DNA of 64,000 nucleotides from an uncultured Erysipelotrichaceae bacterium (GTDB lineage Bacteria; Bacillota_I; Bacilli_A; RF39; UBA660): NCBI GenBank assembly GCA_948444795.1, contig CAOJUX010000003.1, positions 3,451 to 67,450 of the forward strand, read 5' to 3'. Shown piece by piece: positions 51,499 to 59,495 of this stretch (position 1 is its first letter; each line of letters starts with the position of its first letter). The notes under the pieces were generated by a model. It saw only the letters and a program-made list of their open reading frames with translations, ran no database searches and was not told where the DNA came from. The position numbers and the translations under genes were made by a program.

Positions 51499-51786
51499 AT
51501 GGATAGAGAAGTTGATAAGATAATTATGGGTCAAGAATTAAAAATGGTTGATAGAAAAGAAATATTTTTAACAGGAATAAAAAAAATAATTAGCTTTGAT
51601 AATGAAGAATTTTTAATGGAAAGTAATTTAGGAATGATTTTATTAAAGGGAAGCAGTTTAGAAATCCTTAAATTAGATACTAAAGAGGGTAATGTTAGAA
51701 TTAAAGGCCATATAAATAGTTTTAATTATATAGATGAAAATACTAAAAAAGAATCAGAAGGTTTTTTTACAAAGTTATTTAAATAA
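51499..51786 (+). CDS. yabP: sporulation protein YabP
   Basis: 95 aa with YabP pattern (LTGIKKIISFDNEEFLMESNLGMILLKGSSLEI), in yabP-yabQ-divIC order. Confidence 0.85.
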   Translation: MDREVDKIIMGQELKMVDRKEIFLTGIKKIISFDNEEFLMESNLGMILLKGSSLEILKLDTKEGNVRIKGHINSFNYIDENTKKESEGFFTKLFK

Positions 51787-52079
51787 TGGATTATAAAATA
51801 CAATTATTATCTTTTTTAGCATCTTTTTTGTTTGGTATTTTTTTCTATTTTAGTGGGCTTTTAAATTTTAAAATTATTAACAAACATAATATTATATTTA
51901 AATATTTAATTTCTTCTTTATATGTTATAGTGATTTCTTTACTTTATATTCTGCTTATGTTCTGTATTAATAGCGGGGTAATTCATATATATTTTGTTTT
52001 CTTTGTTTTTATAGGTTTATATTTTGGCTATTATGTAAAAAAGAAGATAAATTTTGTCAAATTGAAGTTTAAAAATTGA
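51786..52079 (+). CDS. yabQ: spore cortex biosynthesis protein YabQ
   Basis: 97-aa three-TM protein whose start overlaps the yabP stop. Confidence 0.75.
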   Translation: MDYKIQLLSFLASFLFGIFFYFSGLLNFKIINKHNIIFKYLISSLYVIVISLLYILLMFCINSGVIHIYFVFFVFIGLYFGYYVKKKINFVKLKFKN

Positions 52080-52127
52080 TAGTTTATTTTACTAGTGCTA
52101 TAATTTTAATATAAGGAGCATTGGGTA

Positions 52128-52424
52128 ATGAAGAAAAAAACTATATCTACAAAAGCTAAACGAAGAATAAAAGTTTTATCTTTGGCCATATTTGTTTTAA
52201 TTGGCCTTATTTTTGCAAGTACTTTTAATGATTTATGCCAAATTATTAAAAATAAAAATGATATTACTTTATTACAAGATGAGTATAATGATTTATTACA
52301 CAATGAAGAGTCTTTAAAGTCGGAGATTACAAAACTTCAAGATGGAGATTATGTGGCTAGATATGCTAGAGAAAAATATTTATATTCATTGCCTGATGAA
52401 GTTATTATTAAATTGCCTAATTAA
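52128..52424 (+). CDS. divIC: septum formation initiator DivIC/FtsB
   Basis: N-terminal TM, a coiled coil, and the YVARYAREKY motif. Confidence 0.85.
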   Translation: MKKKTISTKAKRRIKVLSLAIFVLIGLIFASTFNDLCQIIKNKNDITLLQDEYNDLLHNEESLKSEITKLQDGDYVARYAREKYLYSLPDEVIIKLPN

Positions 52425-52450
52425 GAGAATTTTCTCTTTTTTTTTATTTA
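52423..52450 (+). terminator. rho-independent terminator after divIC
   Basis: aagagaa pairs with ttctctt, followed by a long T-run. Confidence 0.55.
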
Positions 52451-52472
52451 ATTTCTCTGTATAATATCTTTT

Positions 52473-53192
52473 ATGGTGGTAGTTTTGAAAAGAAGTGTAG
52501 AAGTAAAAAATTTGTGTGTAGAAAATGTATTTGATAATGTAAATTTGGATTTTTATAACGGACTTAATACTTTTATATGTGGAGGTTCAGCATCTGGTAA
52601 AACAAGTCTTTTAAAGTGTATTAATGGTAATATGAATTATAAGGGAGATATAATAAAAGGAAATGTTGGTGTGATTTTTTCTTCTTTTAGTTTTGAAAAA
52701 GATAAGGTAAGTGATGAAATTAGATATTTACTTCTTAGTAAAACACTTCAAAATTTAGTTTTAAAGTTATTTGGGAATAAACTTAGTGTGGATCCTAGAA
52801 GTTTGAGTTATGAGGATCAAATTTTGGTGGCGATAATAAAAGAACTTTCTAAAAAAATAAATGTTATATTTATTGATAATTTATTATCATTTGTTAGCTA
52901 TCAAAAAAAGGAGCTATTACTTTCTTGTTTATTAAAGAGCAAATTGGATTTAGTGTTAGTTTCAAATGATATTGAAGATGCCTTATATTTTGATTATATG
53001 ATTGTTATGAATAATGGTAGTGTGGCAATTGAGGGAGATACAAAAGAAGTTTTAAAAGAAGAGAGAGTTTTAAAAAGATTAGGCATAGGGCTGCCTTTTT
53101 ATGTGGATTTGTCTTTTCAACTTCAGTTATATGGCTTAATTGATGAGGTATATTTAAATAAGGAAGAGTTAGTTGGTGCTTTATGGAAATAG
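52473..53192 (+). CDS. degenerate EcfA-like ABC ATPase (catalytic residues lost)
   Basis: Walker A retained (GGSASGKTS). The signature is LSYEDQ instead of LSGGQ, Walker B is VIFIDN (Glu to Asn), and the H-loop is VSND. The EcfA-type C-tail LKRLGIGLPFYVDLSFQL is present. Confidence 0.7.
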   Translation: MVVVLKRSVEVKNLCVENVFDNVNLDFYNGLNTFICGGSASGKTSLLKCINGNMNYKGDIIKGNVGVIFSSFSFEKDKVSDEIRYLLLSKTLQNLVLKLFGNKLSVDPRSLSYEDQILVAIIKELSKKINVIFIDNLLSFVSYQKKELLLSCLLKSKLDLVLVSNDIEDALYFDYMIVMNNGSVAIEGDTKEVLKEERVLKRLGIGLPFYVDLSFQLQLYGLIDEVYLNKEELVGALWK

Positions 53193-53776
53193 AAATGAAT
53201 AAAATAAATGTTATATTTGGATTTGTTAATATAAAAAAGAAAAATAATGTAATAGATATTCGTAAATATAAATCTATGAAAGTTTCAAAATATTTAGAAA
53301 ATTTTAATGATAAAAAGATTTTAGATGCCTTTTTAATGGTAAAGTTATCTGATAAAGTTATTGATAAAAACTTGACTAAGTTATCTTCTTCTGAAATTAT
53401 TAAATTAGAGCTTGTTGTTAAGTTGTTGAATAATGAAGATATAATATATTTGAATAATTTTGATAAATATTTTATAAAAAAAGATAGAGATTATTTTAAA
53501 AAATTATTTAAAAAATTATGTACTAAGTATCATAAAACTTTTGTTTTTACTAATGTGAAAATGGATTTTATCATTGATTTTGCTCATTATATATTTATTT
53601 TTACAGATGATGGGATGAAAAAATATGATAAGTTTTCTTTTTATAATATTGATAAAAAGTATATTAATAAAGCTTTGATTATGGATCTTGTCATATATAT
53701 GCAAAAAAAAGGTAAGAATATTGGAAATATTTATGAGCTTGGTGAACTTTTAAAAGCTATATATAGGGAAGTGTAG
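53183..53776 (+). CDS. second, more degenerate EcfA-like protein (no Walker A)
   Basis: Relics LTKLSSSEIIKLELV (signature), IIYLNNFD (Walker B) and VFTNV (H-loop). Overlaps the upstream ORF by 10 nt. Confidence 0.55.
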   Translation: MEIEMNKINVIFGFVNIKKKNNVIDIRKYKSMKVSKYLENFNDKKILDAFLMVKLSDKVIDKNLTKLSSSEIIKLELVVKLLNNEDIIYLNNFDKYFIKKDRDYFKKLFKKLCTKYHKTFVFTNVKMDFIIDFAHYIFIFTDDGMKKYDKFSFYNIDKKYINKALIMDLVIYMQKKGKNIGNIYELGELLKAIYREV

Positions 53777-53778
53777 TT

Positions 53779-54504
53779 ATGAGATATTTAATCAAGTTTA
53801 GTTATGATGGTAGTAAGTTTTATGGTTTTCAAAGACTCAAGGGAAAAGTTTGTGTTCAATCTGTTTTAGAGAATGCTCTTAGTATTATAAATAAGAAAGA
53901 TACTGTTATTAAGGGAGCAGGAAGAACTGATAGAGGAGTGCATGCTTATGGGCAAGCAGCTTCTTTTGATCTTGATTTTGATATAGATTCTGATAGACTT
54001 AAAAATGCTCTTAATAGTATTGTCAGTCCGTATATTAATGTGCATGAAGTTAGGACTGTTGATGATAATTTTCATGCAAGATTTAATGTTATAGAAAAAA
54101 CCTATATTTATAAAATATGGCTTGGAGATTTTAATCCCTTTTTGTATGATTATTATTTAATGTATAATAAAAAAATTAATAAAAAGAAATTAGAAGAGTC
54201 TGCTAAAGTATTAGTGGGAGCTCATAATTTTATAAATTTCGTATCAGGCCAGAGAGATAATTATAATATGGTGATTAATAGTATTGATATTAAATATTTA
54301 GATAATGAAGTTAATATAATATTTAGAGGTAAAAGTTTTTATAGATATATGATTAGAAATTTAGTTGGAGCAATACTTGACTATAATGAAGGGAAATGTG
54401 ATATAATGAAGCTAAAGAAAATGGTTTCTGGAAAAGAATTAATCAGGTTATCTACAGCACCAGCTAGAGGCCTATATTTGATGGAGGTTTATTATGGTAA
54501 CTAA
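53779..54504 (+). CDS. truA: tRNA pseudouridine(38-40) synthase
   Basis: Motifs YDGSKFYGFQ and GAGRTDRGVHA. Confidence 0.95.
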   Translation: MRYLIKFSYDGSKFYGFQRLKGKVCVQSVLENALSIINKKDTVIKGAGRTDRGVHAYGQAASFDLDFDIDSDRLKNALNSIVSPYINVHEVRTVDDNFHARFNVIEKTYIYKIWLGDFNPFLYDYYLMYNKKINKKKLEESAKVLVGAHNFINFVSGQRDNYNMVINSIDIKYLDNEVNIIFRGKSFYRYMIRNLVGAILDYNEGKCDIMKLKKMVSGKELIRLSTAPARGLYLMEVYYGN

Positions 54505-54793
54505 TATTATTTTTGTGAAAGAGTTTAATAGTAGGTATGATGATTTTGTTAGAATGCTTTTAAAGAAAAAGGGTAGAAATTATAATGTTATGATGGAGAG
54601 TTTTAAGGATTTAATTAATTTTGTTGAAGAAAACTATGATAAAGTGTATTGTTTGTTAGAAGAAAATTTATGTGATTTGTTAAATATTTTGAAACTTGCT
54701 AGATATTATAATTTAAATATAAATGAAGCTAATTTTTTGGAATTATCAAGTATTTATGAAGAAAAATGTAGAAAAAGATTAAAAAAATGTTAA
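54494..54793 (+). CDS. hypothetical protein
   Basis: 99-aa ORF overlapping the truA end by 11 nt; no motif recognised. Confidence 0.4.
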   Translation: MVTNIIFVKEFNSRYDDFVRMLLKKKGRNYNVMMESFKDLINFVEENYDKVYCLLEENLCDLLNILKLARYYNLNINEANFLELSSIYEEKCRKRLKKC

Positions 54794-54912
54794 TTTTACT
54801 TGATTTTTAAAGAAGTTTCTCATATAATTTTAAATGGTACATTTTATTTGTTTTTTTGACTTGGAACTGTGGGAAGGTAAAAAGTTAAAGGACTAATGAA
54901 AGGAAAATAATC

Positions 54913-55341
54913 ATGAAAACATTCATGCAAAAAAAAGAAAATATTGAACGTAAGTGGTATGTAATTGACGCCTCTGATAAAAATTTAGGACGTCTTGCTA
55001 CAAAGGCTGCTACTATACTTAGAGGTAAACATAAGGTAACTTATACTCCTCATGTTGATTGTGGGGATTATGTAATTGTTATTAATGCTTCTAAAGTTAA
55101 TTTAACTGGTAATAAGTTAAACGATAAGATGTATTATAACCATAGTGGTTATCCAGGAGGCCTTAGAGAACGTAATGCTAAGACTATGATTGAAAAATAT
55201 CCTGAAGAAATGGTTGAAAGAGCTATTAAAGGTATGCTTCCTCATGGCAGATTAGGAAGACAAATGGCGAAGAAGTTATTTGTATATGCTGATAATAATC
55301 ATAAACATGAAGCTCAAAAACCAGAAAGTTTGAGTTTATAG
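54913..55341 (+). CDS. rplM: 50S ribosomal protein L13
   Basis: [18 protein letters not shown]-terminus. Confidence 0.97.
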   Translation: MKTFMQKKENIERKWYVIDASDKNLGRLATKAATILRGKHKVTYTPHVDCGDYVIVINASKVNLTGNKLNDKMYYNHSGYPGGLRERNAKTMIEKYPEEMVERAIKGMLPHGRLGRQMAKKLFVYADNNHKHEAQKPESLSL

Positions 55342-55350
55342 GAGGTAATT

Positions 55351-55773
55351 ATGGCTACTAAAAAACAAAGTTGGTCTGCAACAGGACGTAGAAAACGTTC
55401 AAGTGCACAAGTTACTTTAACTGGTGGAACTGGGAATATTTTAGTGAATGGTGTTGATGTTAATGAATATATGCCTTACCAAACACTAGTAATGGATTTA
55501 AAACAACCTTTAGTTATGACTAATAATGAAAATAAATTTGATATTAACATTACTGTTAAAGGCGGAGGTTTTTCTGGCCAAACTGGTGCTATAAGACTTG
55601 GAATTACTCGTGCATTACTTTTATATGATGCAAATAGCGACCCATCAAGTGATGAATCTTATCGTAAAATATTAAAAACTGCTGGTTTTGTTACTAGAGA
55701 TCCTAGAGTAAAAGAACGTAAAAAACCAGGACTTAGAAAAGCACGTCGTGCACCACAATTCTCAAAGAGATAG
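55351..55773 (+). CDS. rpsI: 30S ribosomal protein S9
   Basis: GTGRRK, GGG.SGQ.GAIRLGI and C-terminal [12 protein letters not shown]. Confidence 0.97.
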   Translation: MATKKQSWSATGRRKRSSAQVTLTGGTGNILVNGVDVNEYMPYQTLVMDLKQPLVMTNNENKFDINITVKGGGFSGQTGAIRLGITRALLLYDANSDPSSDESYRKILKTAGFVTRDPRVKERKKPGLRKARRAPQFSKR

Positions 55774-55790
55774 TAAAACGTTCGATGTTA

Positions 55791-55877
55791 ATCCCCGTAA
55801 ACTCCGTGTTTTTGGGGTTTTCTTTTGGTTAAGAATATGCCTAAACCTCAATAAATTTGGTTCGTAGCCCACAAATA
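55791..55877 (+). repeat. copy A of a hairpin-containing direct repeat (also serves as the rpsI terminator)
   Basis: ccccgtaaactccgtgtttttggggttttcttttggttaagaatatgcctaaacctca...gtagcccacaaatag. Confidence 0.7.
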
Positions 55878-55942
55878 GCTCTGAAAGTGCCTATTTTAAG
55901 GCAAAGCCAATTTAGTAAGCGATAGTAAATTGTTTTCTTTTA

Positions 55943-56029
55943 TACCTCATAAACTAAGTGTTTATGAATTTTTGTGTTTTTAAGATTATATCTAAACGCA
56001 TTTAAATCTATGTAGTAGCCCAAAATAGA
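55943..56029 (+). repeat. copy B of the same repeat
   Basis: cctcataaactaagtgtttatgaatttttgtgtttttaagattatatctaaacgca...gtagcccaaaatag. Confidence 0.7.
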
Positions 56030-56159
56030 TACATTAATGCATATATTTTATATTATTTTAAAAAAATAATATAAGTATTAAATATGTGATACTATATTGC
56101 CAAAATATTGACGTATATATGGTATGTGACAACATATTTATATGAAATGAGGCGTACAT

Positions 56160-56447
56160 ATGGAGACATTAACCAGTGCCATTAGCGTCCAAGTTGATAC
56201 TCATGATAAAGAAATTGCCAATGGAATTCTTAAAAATTTAGGTTTAAACATGAGCACTTTTGTTAATATGGCTATAAAGCAATTAATAAATAAAGATGGT
56301 ATACCATTTGAAGTTAGCAATCCTAAACCAAGTAAAGAACTTTTAGAAGCTTTACAAGAAGGCGAGGATATATTAAACGGTAAAATACAAGCAACAGGTT
56401 ACCATAATGTTAGAAAAATGTTCGAGGATATTATAAATGAAGATTAA
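56160..56447 (+). CDS. dinJ: type II antitoxin, RelB/DinJ family
   Basis: ISVQVDTHDKEIANGILKNLGLNMSTFVNMAIKQLINKDGIPFE, a typical DinJ ribbon-helix-helix. Overlaps the toxin gene by 11 nt. Confidence 0.85.
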   Translation: METLTSAISVQVDTHDKEIANGILKNLGLNMSTFVNMAIKQLINKDGIPFEVSNPKPSKELLEALQEGEDILNGKIQATGYHNVRKMFEDIINED

Positions 56448-56745
56448 TATCGAAGAATCTTTATATGAGGTTAAAACTACATCCAGGTTTAATAAAAATT
56501 TAAAAAAAATTATCAAACAAACTAAAGATATAGAAAAATTAATAAAAGTTGTAGAAAAACTTGCTAATAATCAAGAACTTGATTCAAAATATAAAAATCA
56601 TAAATTGATTAATGATAAAAATTTTAAGGATTGTAATGAATGTTATATTGAACCTGATTGGTTGCTCATATACAAGATTGAAAATAATGAATTGATATTA
56701 TTGCTTTTGGCAACAGGTAGTCATAGCGATTTATTTAATATGTAA
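56437..56745 (+). CDS. yafQ: type II toxin, YafQ/RelE family mRNA interferase
   Basis: NHKL, CNECYIEPDWLLIYK and ATGSHSDLF blocks match the YafQ family. Confidence 0.82.
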   Translation: MKINIEESLYEVKTTSRFNKNLKKIIKQTKDIEKLIKVVEKLANNQELDSKYKNHKLINDKNFKDCNECYIEPDWLLIYKIENNELILLLLATGSHSDLFNM

Positions 56746-56783
56746 GATACTAATTTGTATGTAATAGATAATCAATAATTATA

Positions 56784-56850
56784 GACTTCATAAACTCTGT
56801 GTTTATGGGGCTTTTGTATTTTTAAGGATATACCTAAATCTACATACGAG
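56784..56850 (+). repeat. copy C of the rpsI-downstream repeat
   Basis: cttcataaactctgtgtttatggggcttttgtatttttaaggatatacctaaatctaca. Perfect 7-bp stem cataaac/gtttatg. Confidence 0.7.
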
Positions 56851-56933
56851 CCTCACATTTTACTTATATTATTTTAACTATTATAGACTTTAATATAATA
56901 ATTTAGTATCATGTTTTTTATGGAAGTGATTTA

Positions 56934-57641
56934 GTGAAAATATATGTATATTTAGACGAAAGTGGTTCTATTCATAAAAATAGTAGTACAAAGTATTTTG
57001 CTGTTGGGGGATATTTTGCTTTTGGCAAAGACAAAAGTAAAGTAACGTCACTATATAAGAAACTAAATAAAAATATTAAAGATAGTAAAAATATTTCTTT
57101 ATGTAAAGAAATAAAATCTTATGATATGGATGATGCTCAAAAAATAGAAATTTTTAATGAAATACAAGATATTGAGACTTTTTATGGGTGTATAAAAGTA
57201 TTTGAAAAAGTATCTATGAAAAAGGAAATTATAGAGTCAAATATATTTTTTAATTATGCAGTCAAATTGTTATTTAAAGATTGTATTGTTCCACTTTTAA
57301 ATTTAAATCAAATAAATGATATTTTAGATTTTATAGTGAGTATTGATAACAGAAATATAAGAGTAGGAGATTTAAATAATTTAGAAACTTATTTGAAGAC
57401 AGAATTTTGTTTGGAAAATTTTGGATTTAAAATAACTTATTATGATTCTTCAACTAACTATGGAGTTCAGTTAGCAGATTTAATTGTAAATACATTTTAT
57501 AATTCTTATAAAGATAGAAAAATAGTAAAAAAAGTATTACCACATCTTAAAGGTGAAAATTTTAGAATAAGTTTATTTCCTGGACATAAAATTAAGGGTA
57601 GAATAGAGAAAATTGAATATAATAATAATGAGAATATTTGA
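56934..57641 (+). CDS. DUF3800-family protein
   Basis: GTG start. N-terminus KIYVYLDESGS and C-terminal VQLADLIVN are typical of DUF3800. Confidence 0.7.
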   Translation: MKIYVYLDESGSIHKNSSTKYFAVGGYFAFGKDKSKVTSLYKKLNKNIKDSKNISLCKEIKSYDMDDAQKIEIFNEIQDIETFYGCIKVFEKVSMKKEIIESNIFFNYAVKLLFKDCIVPLLNLNQINDILDFIVSIDNRNIRVGDLNNLETYLKTEFCLENFGFKITYYDSSTNYGVQLADLIVNTFYNSYKDRKIVKKVLPHLKGENFRISLFPGHKIKGRIEKIEYNNNENI

Positions 57642-57666
57642 CACTAGAGAAATCTTATGTTAATAT
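57638..57666 (+). promoter_or_regulatory. near-consensus sigma-A promoter overlapping the DUF3800 stop codon
   Basis: TTGACA (57638..57643), 17 nt, TAATAT (57661..57666). Confidence 0.55.
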
Positions 57667-57672
57667 ATTCTT

Positions 57673-57740
57673 ACAAGACCTGAGGTAGGTAGCTAAATGC
57701 TAAACGTATGTTAAGTACGTTGCCCTTCAGGCATTTTTTT
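57673..57740 (+). ncRNA. candidate small RNA or leader: long hairpin plus U-run directly downstream of the promoter
   Basis: cctgagg (57679..57685) pairs with ccttcagg (57724..57731). Inner hairpin acgta/tacgt. T7 run at 57734..57740. Confidence 0.35.
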
Positions 57741-57817
57741 ATTTAATATAAAATATTTAAGAAATACAATTATCATAAATAAAATAATTTTTCATAGATT
57801 TTAGTAGGTGTTTTTCT

Positions 57818-58468
57818 ATGAAAAAAATTGTATTTATAATTTTTATAATATTTTTGGGGATTTTTTTTGTTGGAAGTATTTATGCTAAAGAGAAGCTTCC
57901 AATGAAAGGTAAAACCATTTTTTTGGATGCTGGACATGGAGGTCTTGATCCAGGAACTTTGTTTGATAATATATATGAAAAAGATATTAATTTAAAGATA
58001 ACTTTGTATTTAAGAGATTATTTAAAAAAATTAGGAGCAGAAGTTTATTTAACAAGGGAAGGTGATTATGATCTATCTAAACCTAATGCTAGATATAGAA
58101 AAAAAAGTGATTTTGATAATCGCATAAAAGCAATTAATAGTAAAGGTGCGGATTTATATATATCTATTCATTTAAATTATTTATTGGATAGTAAATATTA
58201 TGGAGCTCAGGTTTTTTATAATGAGAAATTTGAAGAAAATCAAAAACTTGCTAATAATTTACAAATTGCATTTAATAAAGAGCTTAAAATAGAAAGAGAA
58301 ATAAAAAATATTCCATCTGCGACTTACATGTATAGTAAACTAAATATACCAGGAGTTTTAATTGAATGTGGTTTCCTTTCCAATCCAAATGAACGAGATC
58401 TTTTAAATTCTAAGTCCTATCAAGAGAAACTTGCGAAAATTATAGGTGATGTTTTAAAAGTTTTTTGA
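57818..58468 (+). CDS. cwlD: germination-specific N-acetylmuramoyl-L-alanine amidase
   Basis: Signal/anchor, FLDAGHGGLDPG, ADLYISIHLN, GAQVFY and ECGFLSN. rpsI-proximal location as in B. subtilis. Confidence 0.88.
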   Translation: MKKIVFIIFIIFLGIFFVGSIYAKEKLPMKGKTIFLDAGHGGLDPGTLFDNIYEKDINLKITLYLRDYLKKLGAEVYLTREGDYDLSKPNARYRKKSDFDNRIKAINSKGADLYISIHLNYLLDSKYYGAQVFYNEKFEENQKLANNLQIAFNKELKIEREIKNIPSATYMYSKLNIPGVLIECGFLSNPNERDLLNSKSYQEKLAKIIGDVLKVF

Positions 58469-58564
58469 TTTCACTTATTTTTCACTAAATTAATACATTT
58501 AGGTCACATAAAAATACTATAATGTAAATGAATAGTGTGATATAATTATTTTTATGGTGATGGT

Positions 58565-59494
58565 ATGAGTAAGATATTCAAAACGTTAGATGAACAAATT
58601 GATATTCTTAAACAAAAAGGCTTGATAATTGAAGATGAAAATATGGCTAAAGAAATTTTGTTAAGAGAAAATTATTTCTTTTTGACAGGATATCGTCTTT
58701 TATTTATGAAATCATTAAAAGATAAAAAATTTATTCCTGGATCTTCTTTTAATGAGTTATATGCAATGTTTAATTTTGATAGACAAATTAGGAATATAAT
58801 GTTTAAGAATTTGCTTATTATAGAAAATAATATTAAAAGTATTATTTCATATCATTTATCTATGACTTATGGTATTAGAGAACAGGATTATTTAAATCCG
58901 AATAATTTTAACAAAAAAACTGAAAAAACTAAACAGGTTAATGATTTGTTAAAAAAGATGAAAAGACAAATTAGGAATAATGCTGATGGGCATACAGCTA
59001 CAAGTCATTATCAAAATAATTATGGTTATATTCCCTTATGGATAGCAGTTAAAGTATTATCGTTCGGTATTGTTGGTGAGTTATTTACTATATTAAAACC
59101 AGATGATCAAAAATCCGTTGCTTTACATTTTAATATTAATGCTAGTGATTTAATTACTTATTTACCAGTTCTTTCTAATTTTAGAAATTTATGTGCTCAT
59201 GAGGAAATATTATTTGACCATAAAATTCAAAGAAAAATTGATAATACAAAGTATCATACTATGCTTGATATTCCACTAATGGATGGCGAGTTTATTTATG
59301 GAAAAGATGATTTATTTGTTTTGATAATAATATTAAAGCAAATGCTTACGGATAAAGATTTTAAAGAAATGTTAAGAGAAGTTAATTATGAAATATCTTT
59401 ATTGGAGAGTAAATTAAAAAGTATAAGTATCGGGAAAGTCTTAGATAAGATGGGTTTTCCTGTGAATTATATGGATATAGAGAGGATAAATTAA
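58565..59494 (+). CDS. Abi_2 (AbiD/AbiF-like) abortive-infection family protein
   Basis: N-terminus FKTLDEQIDILKQKGLIIEDENMAKEILLRENYFFLTGY and later NFRNLCAHEE, typical of the Abi_2 family. Confidence 0.78.
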   Translation: MSKIFKTLDEQIDILKQKGLIIEDENMAKEILLRENYFFLTGYRLLFMKSLKDKKFIPGSSFNELYAMFNFDRQIRNIMFKNLLIIENNIKSIISYHLSMTYGIREQDYLNPNNFNKKTEKTKQVNDLLKKMKRQIRNNADGHTATSHYQNNYGYIPLWIAVKVLSFGIVGELFTILKPDDQKSVALHFNINASDLITYLPVLSNFRNLCAHEEILFDHKIQRKIDNTKYHTMLDIPLMDGEFIYGKDDLFVLIIILKQMLTDKDFKEMLREVNYEISLLESKLKSISIGKVLDKMGFPVNYMDIERIN

Positions 59495-59495
59495 A

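Noticed and set aside
54794-54912. Possible rplM (L13) leader RNA upstream of rplM.
   Set aside because: The position is right and a TTGACT-like box is present. I could not identify the conserved structure from memory, so it needs a covariance-model scan.
55620-55680. Short insertion in S9 ([11 protein letters not shown]) relative to typical S9 proteins.
   Set aside because: This is a small lineage-specific loop insertion in an otherwise canonical ribosomal protein and is not evidence of anything unusual.
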